Shown: piece after piece, positions 17,741 through 25,728 of the stretch
Layout: each line of letters starts with the position of its first letter
How positions within the stretch are numbered: the first letter of the stretch is position 1
NCBI RefSeq assembly: GCF_009557235.1
Contig: NZ_CP045650.1
Span: forward strand, 420,001-452,000
Direction: 5' to 3'
DNA length: 32,000 bases
Origin: Acinetobacter wanghuae
GTDB lineage: Bacteria > Pseudomonadota > Gammaproteobacteria > Pseudomonadales > Moraxellaceae
Notes under the pieces: generated by a model
What the model was told of the DNA's origin: nothing
What the model saw: only the letters and a program-made list of their open reading frames with translations
Databases searched by the model: none
Translations under genes and position numbers: made by a program

Positions 17741-18232
17741 TTAAGCTGTTTTATGACCTGTATGTACGCTATGGATTAAATCTGTAAGATCGTAACCGAT
17801 AGATTGTGCATATGCTAAATATTCAGCTTTGGTTGCTTCATCGAGGTTAGGCGAGCGATGCAAAAGCCATAAATACTTTTGATTTGGTTCACCAACTAAA
17901 ACAGTTTGATAGTTGGCATCAATTTTTAACACCCAATAATCACCTTTAGTGAATGGAATCCAACGGAAGCCTTCAGGTAGGAAACTGACTTCAAGCTTGC
18001 CATTTTCAGCATCAACAATCGTTGCTTCACCAATAGATTCATCGAGTTGCTTATTTTCATCTAAGCAGCGGTTTTGCACGCGTACTGTGCCATTTTCATT
18101 CAGTGAATAGACTGCTGAAATATCGGTGCTGTCTTCAGGTTGGTGTTTCATGGGTAAACGTGCAATTTCGTACCACGTCCCTAAATATTGTTCTAAGTTG
18201 AAATTCGAAACGGTCGTTAAATCTTGACTCAT
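17741..18232 (-). CDS. Bacterial lipocalin (Blc-like) with no signal peptide or lipobox
   Basis: NLEQYLGTWYEIARLP is the lipocalin SCR1 motif (GxWYEIA), and the length is about that of mature Blc. A GGAG Shine-Dalgarno sequence lies 7 nt upstream of the ATG. Upstream of that ATG the frame has no alternative start before an in-frame stop. Confidence 0.8.
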   Translation of the reverse strand: MSQDLTTVSNFNLEQYLGTWYEIARLPMKHQPEDSTDISAVYSLNENGTVRVQNRCLDENKQLDESIGEATIVDAENGKLEVSFLPEGFRWIPFTKGDYWVLKIDANYQTVLVGEPNQKYLWLLHRSPNLDEATKAEYLAYAQSIGYDLTDLIHSVHTGHKTA

Positions 18233-18628
18233 TATTTTCTCCGATTGCCGGTTGTTGTTAAAAGGGATGCATTAGTCTAAACAGAATAAGGCCTGAAAAA
18301 TGATGTAAAGATGTAGTGAAATGTTGTCAATTGAGGCTCAATGGTGAGCTTATTTGTCTCAAGAAGGGCTAAAATTTGATGTAAAAATAAGCAAAACGGA
18401 TGCTTTTTAGCTGCTAAATTGAGCGATTATTTACGTAATAAAACATAAATTGTAAATGCAGTGATTTGGGAATTATTATTCAAAACAATATGATATCAGG
18501 TATATGTTTCAGTTTTGACAAGAAATTTTACATTTCTAGGGTGAATATTTACAATGATCCAGTTAGTATGATCAGCCTGTGAAATAGATAAATGCCGTAA
18601 AGATTCGGCGAGGAGCGATTGGTAAAGA

Positions 18629-19153
18629 ATGGTTTATGATCAACCCGTGAACACGAGTGAAATTCATGCTCCTGTCCAAGCAAACATCATAGTACGTTCC
18701 CAATCGGAGCAAAAGCCTAAAAAATCTTCGCAAAAAAATGCGGTGAAATCGACGCACACCAGTTTTGGTTCTGGAACTGGTCAACGTATTGATATCTCTA
18801 AATTCACTAGTTTCTTGCAGGGTATTAACCGCAGTACCAGTACACAAAAATGTGCCAAGAGTATTCGTGTAGGCTTACAGTCTGCGGGTGCGAAAATTGT
18901 GAATCACCCTGTCGCAGCAGCAGATTGGGGCAGCACCTTACAGCAAATTGGCTATAAAAAAATTAATCTTTCTTTTGATCGTCCTAAAAAAGGCGATATC
19001 TATATTATTGATCGTACTCAGAAAAACCGTTATGGGCACATCGCTGCATATTCGGGTAATGCTTGGGTATCTGACTTCAAGCAAAGTGGTTATGCGGTAT
19101 ATCGCAACCAAAATGTTAAATATAGCTACTACCGTTTAGATACAGACAACTAA
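18629..19153 (+). CDS. Putative papain-like cysteine peptidoglycan amidase/peptidase (CHAP/NlpC-P60/Tae4-like), no signal peptide
   Basis: The C-terminal roughly 100 aa carry QKCAKSIRVGLQSAG (Cys75, nt 18851-18853) and YGHIAAYSGNAWVSD (His137, nt 19037-19039; Asp148). By my recollection this resembles the Tae4 pattern ACPIRMSYVLNATG...GHVTLWNGSICSD. The N-terminal roughly 65 aa are low-complexity and polar. Confidence 0.5.
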   Translation: MVYDQPVNTSEIHAPVQANIIVRSQSEQKPKKSSQKNAVKSTHTSFGSGTGQRIDISKFTSFLQGINRSTSTQKCAKSIRVGLQSAGAKIVNHPVAAADWGSTLQQIGYKKINLSFDRPKKGDIYIIDRTQKNRYGHIAAYSGNAWVSDFKQSGYAVYRNQNVKYSYYRLDTDN

Positions 19154-19551
19154 GCCTCATCTCTAGGTGCTTCAAATCGTTTGGCACGTTTTTCATAGAT
19201 AGAGACCAGAAATAAGCCCACCGCCATAAAGCCGATTAGTTGAATGACTAAGGCGAAAGTGTCGAGTGGGCTTTTTGCATCTGGAAAATATCCCATCATC
19301 GTGATTAAAACCACAATTGGAATAATGTTGTTCAAAGATTGAAAACCATTTCGATAAGGATGATTGGCTTTGAGCTTGAGCCTAAAGTGACGCATAACAT
19401 GAATCAAGATGCCGAGTCCAATACTGATCAAGCTCAATACAACATCTAATTGAATTTGAGTTGATGCGATATAGGTCGCCATGCACGTCACAATAATGAC
19501 GATGAGCTTAAATTGACGGCTACAAGCCTCGGAATACCAAAAATTAAGCAT
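19150..19551 (-). CDS. Small 4-TM membrane protein, paralog A
   Basis: 133 aa with four hydrophobic segments. Its N-terminus MLNFWYSE resembles the MLEFWFNP of the upstream ORF. Its start overlaps that ORF's stop by 8 nt. Confidence 0.6.
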   Translation of the reverse strand: MLNFWYSEACSRQFKLIVIIVTCMATYIASTQIQLDVVLSLISIGLGILIHVMRHFRLKLKANHPYRNGFQSLNNIIPIVVLITMMGYFPDAKSPLDTFALVIQLIGFMAVGLFLVSIYEKRAKRFEAPRDEA

Positions 19552-19930
19552 TAGTTGAGTTCTGCGTGTTTTGATTGAGTAAAGACAAAGGCGAAAATAG
19601 GCAAATTGCTAAGGTCATAAAACCAACCCCTTGCACACCCGGCAACAGAATTTCCCCATCTTTCATATTCATAAAGATAAGCGCCAAAAGCAGTGCGATT
19701 GGAATCCAAGTCAGTAAGCGGTAGAGTAAACTTGTTGGCTGTAGACTTGCGAAATGCACTTTGCAATAACGACAAATTAGAAAAATAATACCTGTACCCG
19801 CAAACATTAAAATCGCATCAAGTTTAAGCGGTTCCATCCAATACAAAGCAGCCGTGACTAGGGCAGCCACAACAAAAATAAGTATTTTTTTTAAAATCGA
19901 TATCTGTGGATTAAACCAGAACTCAAGCAT
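19544..19930 (-). CDS. Small 4-TM membrane protein, paralog B
   Basis: I prefer the start at Met12 of the track ORF (MLEFWFNP, nt 19930) by analogy with paralog A; the longest ORF runs to 19963. It has four hydrophobic segments. Confidence 0.55.
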   Translation of the reverse strand: MLEFWFNPQISILKKILIFVVAALVTAALYWMEPLKLDAILMFAGTGIIFLICRYCKVHFASLQPTSLLYRLLTWIPIALLLALIFMNMKDGEILLPGVQGVGFMTLAICLFSPLSLLNQNTQNSTNA

Positions 19931-19982
19931 TTTTGTTTCTTTGATGAGGTGAATATCAGGCACTTTAGCATATTTTAAAGCG

Positions 19983-20009
19983 AAAAAAAGCGAGGCTATT
20001 GCCTCGCGA
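19983..20009 (-). terminator. Rho-independent terminator after lgt
   Basis: Stem gcgaggc (19990-19996) pairs with gcctcgc (20001-20007), loop tatt. On the minus strand it is followed by a T7 run. Confidence 0.85.
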
Positions 20010-20022
20010 TCACTTCAAAATT

Positions 20023-20832
20023 TTAGTTTGTTTTTTGTGGACCCCAGTCATAGGTTTTCTTTTGGTACGCATACCAAAGCATCCAAAGACCAATCAAGAT
20101 CATAGGTAAACTTAAGAATTGACCTTTACTCATCCAGCCAATAAACAACTGCCCATTGTCGGGTTCGCGGAAAAATTCGGCCATAAAGCGCGCCAAACCA
20201 TAACCTGTCAGGAACACTGCTGAAACTGCCATACGTGGACGCGGTTTTGAACTAAACCACCATAACACCACAAACAGAATCAAACCTTCGAGCAGTGCTT
20301 GATAAAGCTGCGATGGGTGACGCACCAATTGTAATGGATCAGTAGGGAAGATCATACCCAATGCAAAATTGGGATCGGTCACTTGGCGACCATAAAGTTC
20401 ACCACCAATGAAGTTACCAATCCGACCAAACATCAGACCTGTTGGTACACAAGGCGCAATAAAATCCAAGGTTTGGAACCATGTCATCTTATATTTTTTA
20501 CACCAGAATAGCATTGCCCCCATGACACCCAAGAATCCGCCATGGAAGCTCATGCCGCCTGTCCAAATTTGGAATAACCAAAGTGGATCTGCAAGGAATT
20601 GTGAAAAGCCATAGAACAACACATAACCAATGCGCCCACCTAAAATGACGCCCAACGCCCCATAGAAAATCAGGTCAGAGACCATATCCGGTGTCCAACC
20701 GCGCTCTTTCGCACGATAGCTTGCGAGTCCCCAAGCAAATAAAAATGCCAGTAAATACATCAGTCCATACCAATGAACTTGCAGTGGACCGAGCGCAATT
20801 GCGACGGGATCAATATTTGGATAGGTGAGCAT
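20023..20832 (-). CDS. lgt: Prolipoprotein diacylglyceryl transferase
   Basis: [22 protein letters not shown]...[10 protein letters not shown]...[11 protein letters not shown]...[14 protein letters not shown] are canonical Lgt motifs. Confidence 0.95.
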   Translation of the reverse strand: MLTYPNIDPVAIALGPLQVHWYGLMYLLAFLFAWGLASYRAKERGWTPDMVSDLIFYGALGVILGGRIGYVLFYGFSQFLADPLWLFQIWTGGMSFHGGFLGVMGAMLFWCKKYKMTWFQTLDFIAPCVPTGLMFGRIGNFIGGELYGRQVTDPNFALGMIFPTDPLQLVRHPSQLYQALLEGLILFVVLWWFSSKPRPRMAVSAVFLTGYGLARFMAEFFREPDNGQLFIGWMSKGQFLSLPMILIGLWMLWYAYQKKTYDWGPQKTN

Positions 20833-20937
20833 TCATGTACCTTGTGATTCTGTTTTGAACAGATTTTAGCTGAAAGCGTGGAAAAATGTTGTACATTCAA
20901 TGTGTAAAGATCAAAACCTGACGGATGAGCAAGCAAT

Positions 20938-21720
20938 ATGTGTATTGTGGCCTTGGCTTGGCAAGTGTTAGAACAGACACCTCTATGTCTGATTTCAAAT
21001 CGAGATGAGTTTTATCATCGACCGACAACTGCTTTACATCATTGGAATAATAGTCCCATTGTGGCAGGTCAAGATTTGCAATCGGGTGGTACATGGATGG
21101 GTGTGACTGAAACAGGGCGTTGGGCAGTATTAACCAACTTCCGTGATGGTCATGACCAGAAAACCTACCCAACTTCACGAGGGCATATTATCCAAGATTT
21201 CTTATTGTCCGATTTAACTCCCATTCGTTTTGCACAAACATTAGAAAAACAACAATGTGATTATGCTGGCTTTAATCTGTTTGTGGGCGATCAAGCACAA
21301 GCGGTATACATGAGCAATCGCGGAGAGCCGCCACAAGTGCTTGCCCATGGTGTATATGTGGTATCGAATGGTTTAATGACCGAGCATTGGGAAAAAACAC
21401 GACATTTACGTAAACGCTTTACTCAAGAATTTCTGCCGATGTTGCAGCAGCATACGATACCAAACTCTGATATACACCATGCAGCATGGGATATTTTAGA
21501 AGATCAACGCAAAATCCTTCCAACTTTATTACCCAATACAGGAATTTCTAAAGAGATGGAGCACTTATTGTCATCGACGTTTATTCAAAGTCCGCTTTAC
21601 GGCACACGTTGTTCTAATCTTTTAAGCTTAACGAAGGATGAATGGCATTGGCTTGAAAAGAGCCAACAGGGTGAACATGCAGGACAGACAATTGAATTGA
21701 AGATTCCTGTTCAGCAATAA
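20938..21720 (+). CDS. NRDE-family (TANGO2/DUF833-like) protein
   Basis: An N-terminal MCIVALAW with Cys2, followed by the eponymous LISNRDEFYHRP motif and GGTWMGV. Confidence 0.8.
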   Translation: MCIVALAWQVLEQTPLCLISNRDEFYHRPTTALHHWNNSPIVAGQDLQSGGTWMGVTETGRWAVLTNFRDGHDQKTYPTSRGHIIQDFLLSDLTPIRFAQTLEKQQCDYAGFNLFVGDQAQAVYMSNRGEPPQVLAHGVYVVSNGLMTEHWEKTRHLRKRFTQEFLPMLQQHTIPNSDIHHAAWDILEDQRKILPTLLPNTGISKEMEHLLSSTFIQSPLYGTRCSNLLSLTKDEWHWLEKSQQGEHAGQTIELKIPVQQ

Positions 21721-21747
21721 AAAATGCCGACATGCAGCCGGCATTTT
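21718..21747. terminator. Hairpin terminator between the convergent NRDE and phoX genes
   Basis: Stem atgccg (21724-21729) pairs with cggcat (21739-21744) with a 9-nt loop. An A6 run lies on one side (a T run for phoX on the minus strand) and a T4 run on the other. Confidence 0.6.
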
Positions 21748-21758
21748 AAAGCTTTATT

Positions 21759-23981
21759 TTAAGCTTGTTTTGTTTCTAATGCTTCACCTGCAATAACACC
21801 ACCATCTTTACGGGTAATGACGACTGTTGCAGAACGTGGACGAGAACCAATACCCGTACTGATTAAATGCTGAGATTGGTTTGACGGCCAAGTGCCACCG
21901 GGATGCTGCACATTGACAAAAATAGCTTTGTAATCTGGCGTCATGGTCACACCTGTAATTTCACAACCGGCTGGACCGACAAGGAAACGACGTAATTGAC
22001 TGTCATCGAGTTTGCTGCCTACAGGTGTCTTTTGTGAACCTGTGCCTGCAGTGGCTACCGCAACGCCACCATCGCCAATCTTACCAGGCAGTGCAGCAAG
22101 CATCATACAGTTGGTAGTGTCAGTATACGCACCATCATCAGTTTGAATCCAAAGCACACCGCGTGGGTCGAACCACATACCATCTGGGCTTGAAAAATCA
22201 TTGTTATCTGTTAAGCCTGATAAGTTCACGCCCGGCAATGAATCTGACTCTGCACCGAACAAGAAAATATCCCACGTAAATGATTTTGCAGTGACATCAT
22301 CTTGATCCTCACGGAAACGAATAATGTGTCCATTAATATTGCCGCCTAGACGATTGTTTTTGTCGTCATCATCTGCGTATTGACGAGGGTTGGCGGCATC
22401 AATCTGATGAGCTGTACCACGCTGTGAGTTATTGGTGAGCGTGACATATACTTCGCCATTTTCGGGATTCACCGCAACCCATTCAGGTCGATCCATCTTG
22501 GTTGCATCCGCAGCATCGGCTGCAATACGCGCATGTACAAGAATATCGGCTTGGTCTTGGAATTTGTATTTTTCATAGCTTGTGATTTTAGGGTTATTCA
22601 TCGATAACTCTAACCATTCGCCTTTCGCTTCACCAGTTGCATCGTTGAAATCGAATTTCGCCACATACAATTGACCATTGTTCATGTATTTATCGCCGGC
22701 TGCATAGCCACCATTGACATCACTTGGATTCCAGAGCGCGTTCGAGATAAATTTATAGATGTATTCGCCTTGAGAATCATCACCCATGTAAAACGCCAGT
22801 GGCTTGCCAGAAATGGCACGGCTTACGCGGCAATCTTCGTGTGCAAAACGACCTAATGCGGTACGTTTTACCGGTTTACTCCGGTTGTCGAATGGATCGA
22901 TTTCGACAATCCAACCAAAGGTATTGATGGTATTACGATAGTCTTGGCTTGCACTTTCAGCCACCGCTGCCGTATTCCAGCGGCTGAACATATCTGCTTG
23001 TACCAGCGATGGGTTTTGAATGCTCTGCCAGTTATAACCGCTTGCTTTATTCGATACTTTATAGCGTGATAACGCATGTTCGGTCATTTCGTCGCGTAAG
23101 TCGGCATTTTCACCTTCTTTTTGACGAGCAAGATATTGGTTAAAGTTTTCTTCGGTGGTGAGATAGGTTCCCCAAGGGGTATAACCATTACCACAGTTAT
23201 TGATGGTGCCGCGTGTCACAATAGAAGTTGGATCAAATGCGGTTTGCACTAATGCATGTCCACGCACAGGACCGCGAAACTCGATTTCAGTCGCAGCAGT
23301 AATACGACGGTTAAAAGGCGAGTTTAAATCAACGCGGATTTCTTGCGTTTTTGGATCTTTATGTAAATGAATAATCGAGACACCATGCGCATGGATTTCT
23401 CGCAGTGCTTCATCTTCAGTGATTGTCGCTGCATTAAAGCTACGGCCACGTGGATGTAAATCACTACGTTGGATATATTCATGGTTCATGACCAATAAGC
23501 CTTGCTCCGATGCATTGGCATCGTAGTTTTGCTTCGCTACGTTAAGCCCAAAGAAGGTCATACCATCGTGGTTGTCACCGACACGGCGCTCATAAGAAAT
23601 ACCACTTGGAATATCATTTTCATTCCATACAGGAAGGCTTGAATGGAGTGGGTCACCCACAGCATGCAAAATTTTAAAATCATAACCTTCTGGAACAGAG
23701 AATTTAGAAAGGGTATGTTTTTCAACGGGTTTAAATTCTAATGATTCTGGTTTTGCGTTGATATCTGGGGTATCTGGATTAGTTGGGCTTAGTTGATCAT
23801 CATTGTTGTCATCATCACTACAGCCTGTTAATGATGTAGCAAGAGCTAAAGCAGCTGCGCCACCCGCAGTTTTTTTAATTAAGTCACGGCGTGTGATCTG
23901 TTGGTTAAACAATTCATAAAACGCTGAATTCCCCGAGTTGTTACTGTCATAATCATCATTAAAGTTTTCTAAATCAGTCAT
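21759..23981 (-). CDS. phoX: PhoX-family (DUF839) alkaline phosphatase, with a Tat signal and a possible lipobox
   Basis: 740 aa. The twin-arginine motif TRRDLIKKTAGGAAALALA is followed by LTGC (Cys54, nt 23820-23822). The body is beta-propeller-like and shows the PhoX pattern (DNHDGM, NNCGNGYTPWGTYLT, RFAHED, DRPEW, PDGMWFD). Confidence 0.85.
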   Translation of the reverse strand: MTDLENFNDDYDSNNSGNSAFYELFNQQITRRDLIKKTAGGAAALALATSLTGCSDDDNNDDQLSPTNPDTPDINAKPESLEFKPVEKHTLSKFSVPEGYDFKILHAVGDPLHSSLPVWNENDIPSGISYERRVGDNHDGMTFFGLNVAKQNYDANASEQGLLVMNHEYIQRSDLHPRGRSFNAATITEDEALREIHAHGVSIIHLHKDPKTQEIRVDLNSPFNRRITAATEIEFRGPVRGHALVQTAFDPTSIVTRGTINNCGNGYTPWGTYLTTEENFNQYLARQKEGENADLRDEMTEHALSRYKVSNKASGYNWQSIQNPSLVQADMFSRWNTAAVAESASQDYRNTINTFGWIVEIDPFDNRSKPVKRTALGRFAHEDCRVSRAISGKPLAFYMGDDSQGEYIYKFISNALWNPSDVNGGYAAGDKYMNNGQLYVAKFDFNDATGEAKGEWLELSMNNPKITSYEKYKFQDQADILVHARIAADAADATKMDRPEWVAVNPENGEVYVTLTNNSQRGTAHQIDAANPRQYADDDDKNNRLGGNINGHIIRFREDQDDVTAKSFTWDIFLFGAESDSLPGVNLSGLTDNNDFSSPDGMWFDPRGVLWIQTDDGAYTDTTNCMMLAALPGKIGDGGVAVATAGTGSQKTPVGSKLDDSQLRRFLVGPAGCEITGVTMTPDYKAIFVNVQHPGGTWPSNQSQHLISTGIGSRPRSATVVITRKDGGVIAGEALETKQA

Positions 23982-24040
23982 GTTGGTTCCTAGCTTGGTG
24001 CTGGATTGTTATTGGGTTAGCACTAAATTAACTGCGTAAT

Positions 24041-24080
24041 ATGACATCGCGGTGAAGCTTATATGTCAGTCGCATGACAG
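24041..24080 (-). promoter_or_regulatory. Two tandem Pho boxes (four phased 7-bp repeats) upstream of phoX
   Basis: The minus strand reads CTGTCAT-gcga-CTGACAT-ataa-GCTTCAC-cgcg-ATGTCAT, which is 7-bp repeats at 11-bp phasing. The repeats end 60 nt upstream of the phoX ATG. The E. coli Pho-box repeat is CTGTCAT. Confidence 0.65.
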
Positions 24081-24104
24081 ATGAATTGATGGATGAGCCA
24101 AGCC

Positions 24105-24130
24105 ATAAAAAAGCAGCCGAAGCTGCTTAA
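24105..24130 (-). terminator. Rho-independent terminator after tatC
   Basis: Stem aagcagc (24111-24117) pairs with gctgctt (24122-24128), loop cgaa. On the minus strand it is followed by a T run (plus-strand aaaaaa 24107-24112). Confidence 0.8.
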
Positions 24131-24161
24131 ATTTTATAATTTTTAGATCGTTATCATTATT

Positions 24162-24938
24162 TTAAAGGGTTTTAAGACGTCTTTTTTCTAGCATTTTTCC
24201 AGCGAATAAGCCAAGTTCAAATAGCATCCACATTGGTACAGCAAGCATGATCATCGATAAGGCATCGGGTGGGGTAACGAACATCGCGACAAAGAAACAG
24301 CCGACAATAATAAAGCGTCTTTTTTCGACCAACGTTTGTGTCGATACCAGACCCATTAAAATCAGCACCAACGTGATAATTGGAATCTCAAAGGTAAACC
24401 CAAACACCAAAAATAGCTTTAAGCAGAAACTTAAATAGCTATTGATATCGGTCATGGGCGCGACAGTTTCGGGTGAAACACTGATAAAAAAATGTAAAAT
24501 GGAAGGCAGTGCGACAAAGTAGGCAAAGCTTATGCCCAAATAAAATAAAGCAATACTGCCTATGAGGAGTGGCGTTGCTAAACTTTTTTCTTTTTCATGC
24601 AGGGCAGGTTTAATGAATGCCCACAGTTGATATAAAATAAAGGGCATCGCCATCATCAGTGCAATAAAAAAATTCAGCTTAAAGGGTGCCATGAAGGTTG
24701 CCGTTACATCTGTCGCAATCATGGTTGAACTTGCAGGAAGCTGCATGCGCAGCGGTGCTGATAACATCTGATAAGTATGATTGGCAAAAGGCAGCAAACA
24801 AAAAAATAAGCCAATCAGTACTGCCACGATTTTAAATAAGTGTTTGCGTAACACTATTAAATGTTTCGTAATCGGCATTTCTTCAAGCGAAATGCGTTCA
24901 GTGTGTTCTTTACTTGGGCTTGAGGGAAGTGAATTCAT
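24162..24938 (-). CDS. tatC: Twin-arginine translocase subunit TatC
   Basis: A six-TM protein in which ITKHLIVLRKHLFK corresponds to the TatC N-terminal HL.ELR-type region. Its start overlaps the tatB stop by 4 nt. Confidence 0.9.
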   Translation of the reverse strand: MNSLPSSPSKEHTERISLEEMPITKHLIVLRKHLFKIVAVLIGLFFCLLPFANHTYQMLSAPLRMQLPASSTMIATDVTATFMAPFKLNFFIALMMAMPFILYQLWAFIKPALHEKEKSLATPLLIGSIALFYLGISFAYFVALPSILHFFISVSPETVAPMTDINSYLSFCLKLFLVFGFTFEIPIITLVLILMGLVSTQTLVEKRRFIIVGCFFVAMFVTPPDALSMIMLAVPMWMLFELGLFAGKMLEKRRLKTL

Positions 24939-25357
24939 ATAGCCACCTTCAGTTCGGCATAAACATGGTTGTTTTGTGGCACGTTCACATTAAAATACTG
25001 TGGCAAGTACACGCTATTTAAAGGGTGTGTCATCGGGTGATAGCAACAGTGAGCCTGAGATAATGTTGGTTTTTTTTCAGTTGCGCCAGATTGAATCGGT
25101 TGTTGTAATTCGTTCATTTGCATCTGCATTTTCATTTCAAGTTCTTGAATGCGTTTTAGCTCAGTTTGCATTTGCTCACGCAGTTCAGACAAACGTAGCT
25201 CACGGTCAAAATCATTTTGAATGTTGCTCACGGTACGCTTGATTTTGCCGTACCATTTACCGATAAAGCGTACTGCTTCAGGCAGTTTCTCGGGACCAAG
25301 CACCAAAAGTGCAATGATCCCGAAGATCAGGAGCTCAGTCATTCCAATATTGAGCAT
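24935..25357 (-). CDS. tatB: Twin-arginine translocase subunit TatB
   Basis: MLNIGMTELLIFGIIALLVLGPEKLPEAVRFIGKWYGKIK is a typical TatA/B-family N-terminus with a longer helical tail. The gene lies between tatA and tatC. Confidence 0.88.
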   Translation of the reverse strand: MLNIGMTELLIFGIIALLVLGPEKLPEAVRFIGKWYGKIKRTVSNIQNDFDRELRLSELREQMQTELKRIQELEMKMQMQMNELQQPIQSGATEKKPTLSQAHCCYHPMTHPLNSVYLPQYFNVNVPQNNHVYAELKVAI

Positions 25358-25366
25358 AGCAATCTC

Positions 25367-25585
25367 TTAGTGCTTAAGTGTGTTTTCAGCAACGTTGACA
25401 TCGGCATCGATGGTGCGCGCTGCCTGAGTTTGAGACGCTTGTTGTTCTTCTTCTTTCATCGATTTTTTAAAGTCTTTAACCGCGCCACCTACATCCTTGC
25501 CGAGGTTTTTAAGTTTGGATGTGCCAAACAATAAAATGACGACGATTGCAAAAATCAGTACGTGCCAAATTGATAGTCCTGCCAT
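25367..25585 (-). CDS. tatA: Twin-arginine translocase subunit TatA
   Basis: [38 protein letters not shown] is a canonical TatA sequence. Confidence 0.92.
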   Translation of the reverse strand: MAGLSIWHVLIFAIVVILLFGTSKLKNLGKDVGGAVKDFKKSMKEEEQQASQTQAARTIDADVNVAENTLKH

Positions 25586-25728
25586 GTGGTTATCCTCTTA
25601 TTGAAATAGCTTTATCTCAACAGGCTTATATGACAGCAGGGTGACGATTATATTTCTATTTAGAGACATATTAAGACGCTCTTTGAATGTGATAGGATTT
25701 CTTTACTGTCTATTCTGACTGTCCGACT

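Noticed and set aside
20897-21178. A 93-aa minus-strand ORF overlapping the 5' part of the NRDE-family gene.
   Set aside because: The plus-strand frame carries the diagnostic MC...NRDE motifs. The minus-strand ORF has no motif and would overlap the lgt/NRDE divergent promoter region.
25000-25534. Plus-strand ORFs 25000-25242 and 25217-25534 opposite tatB and tatA.
   Set aside because: They are antisense to canonical tatA and tatB and have no supporting signals.
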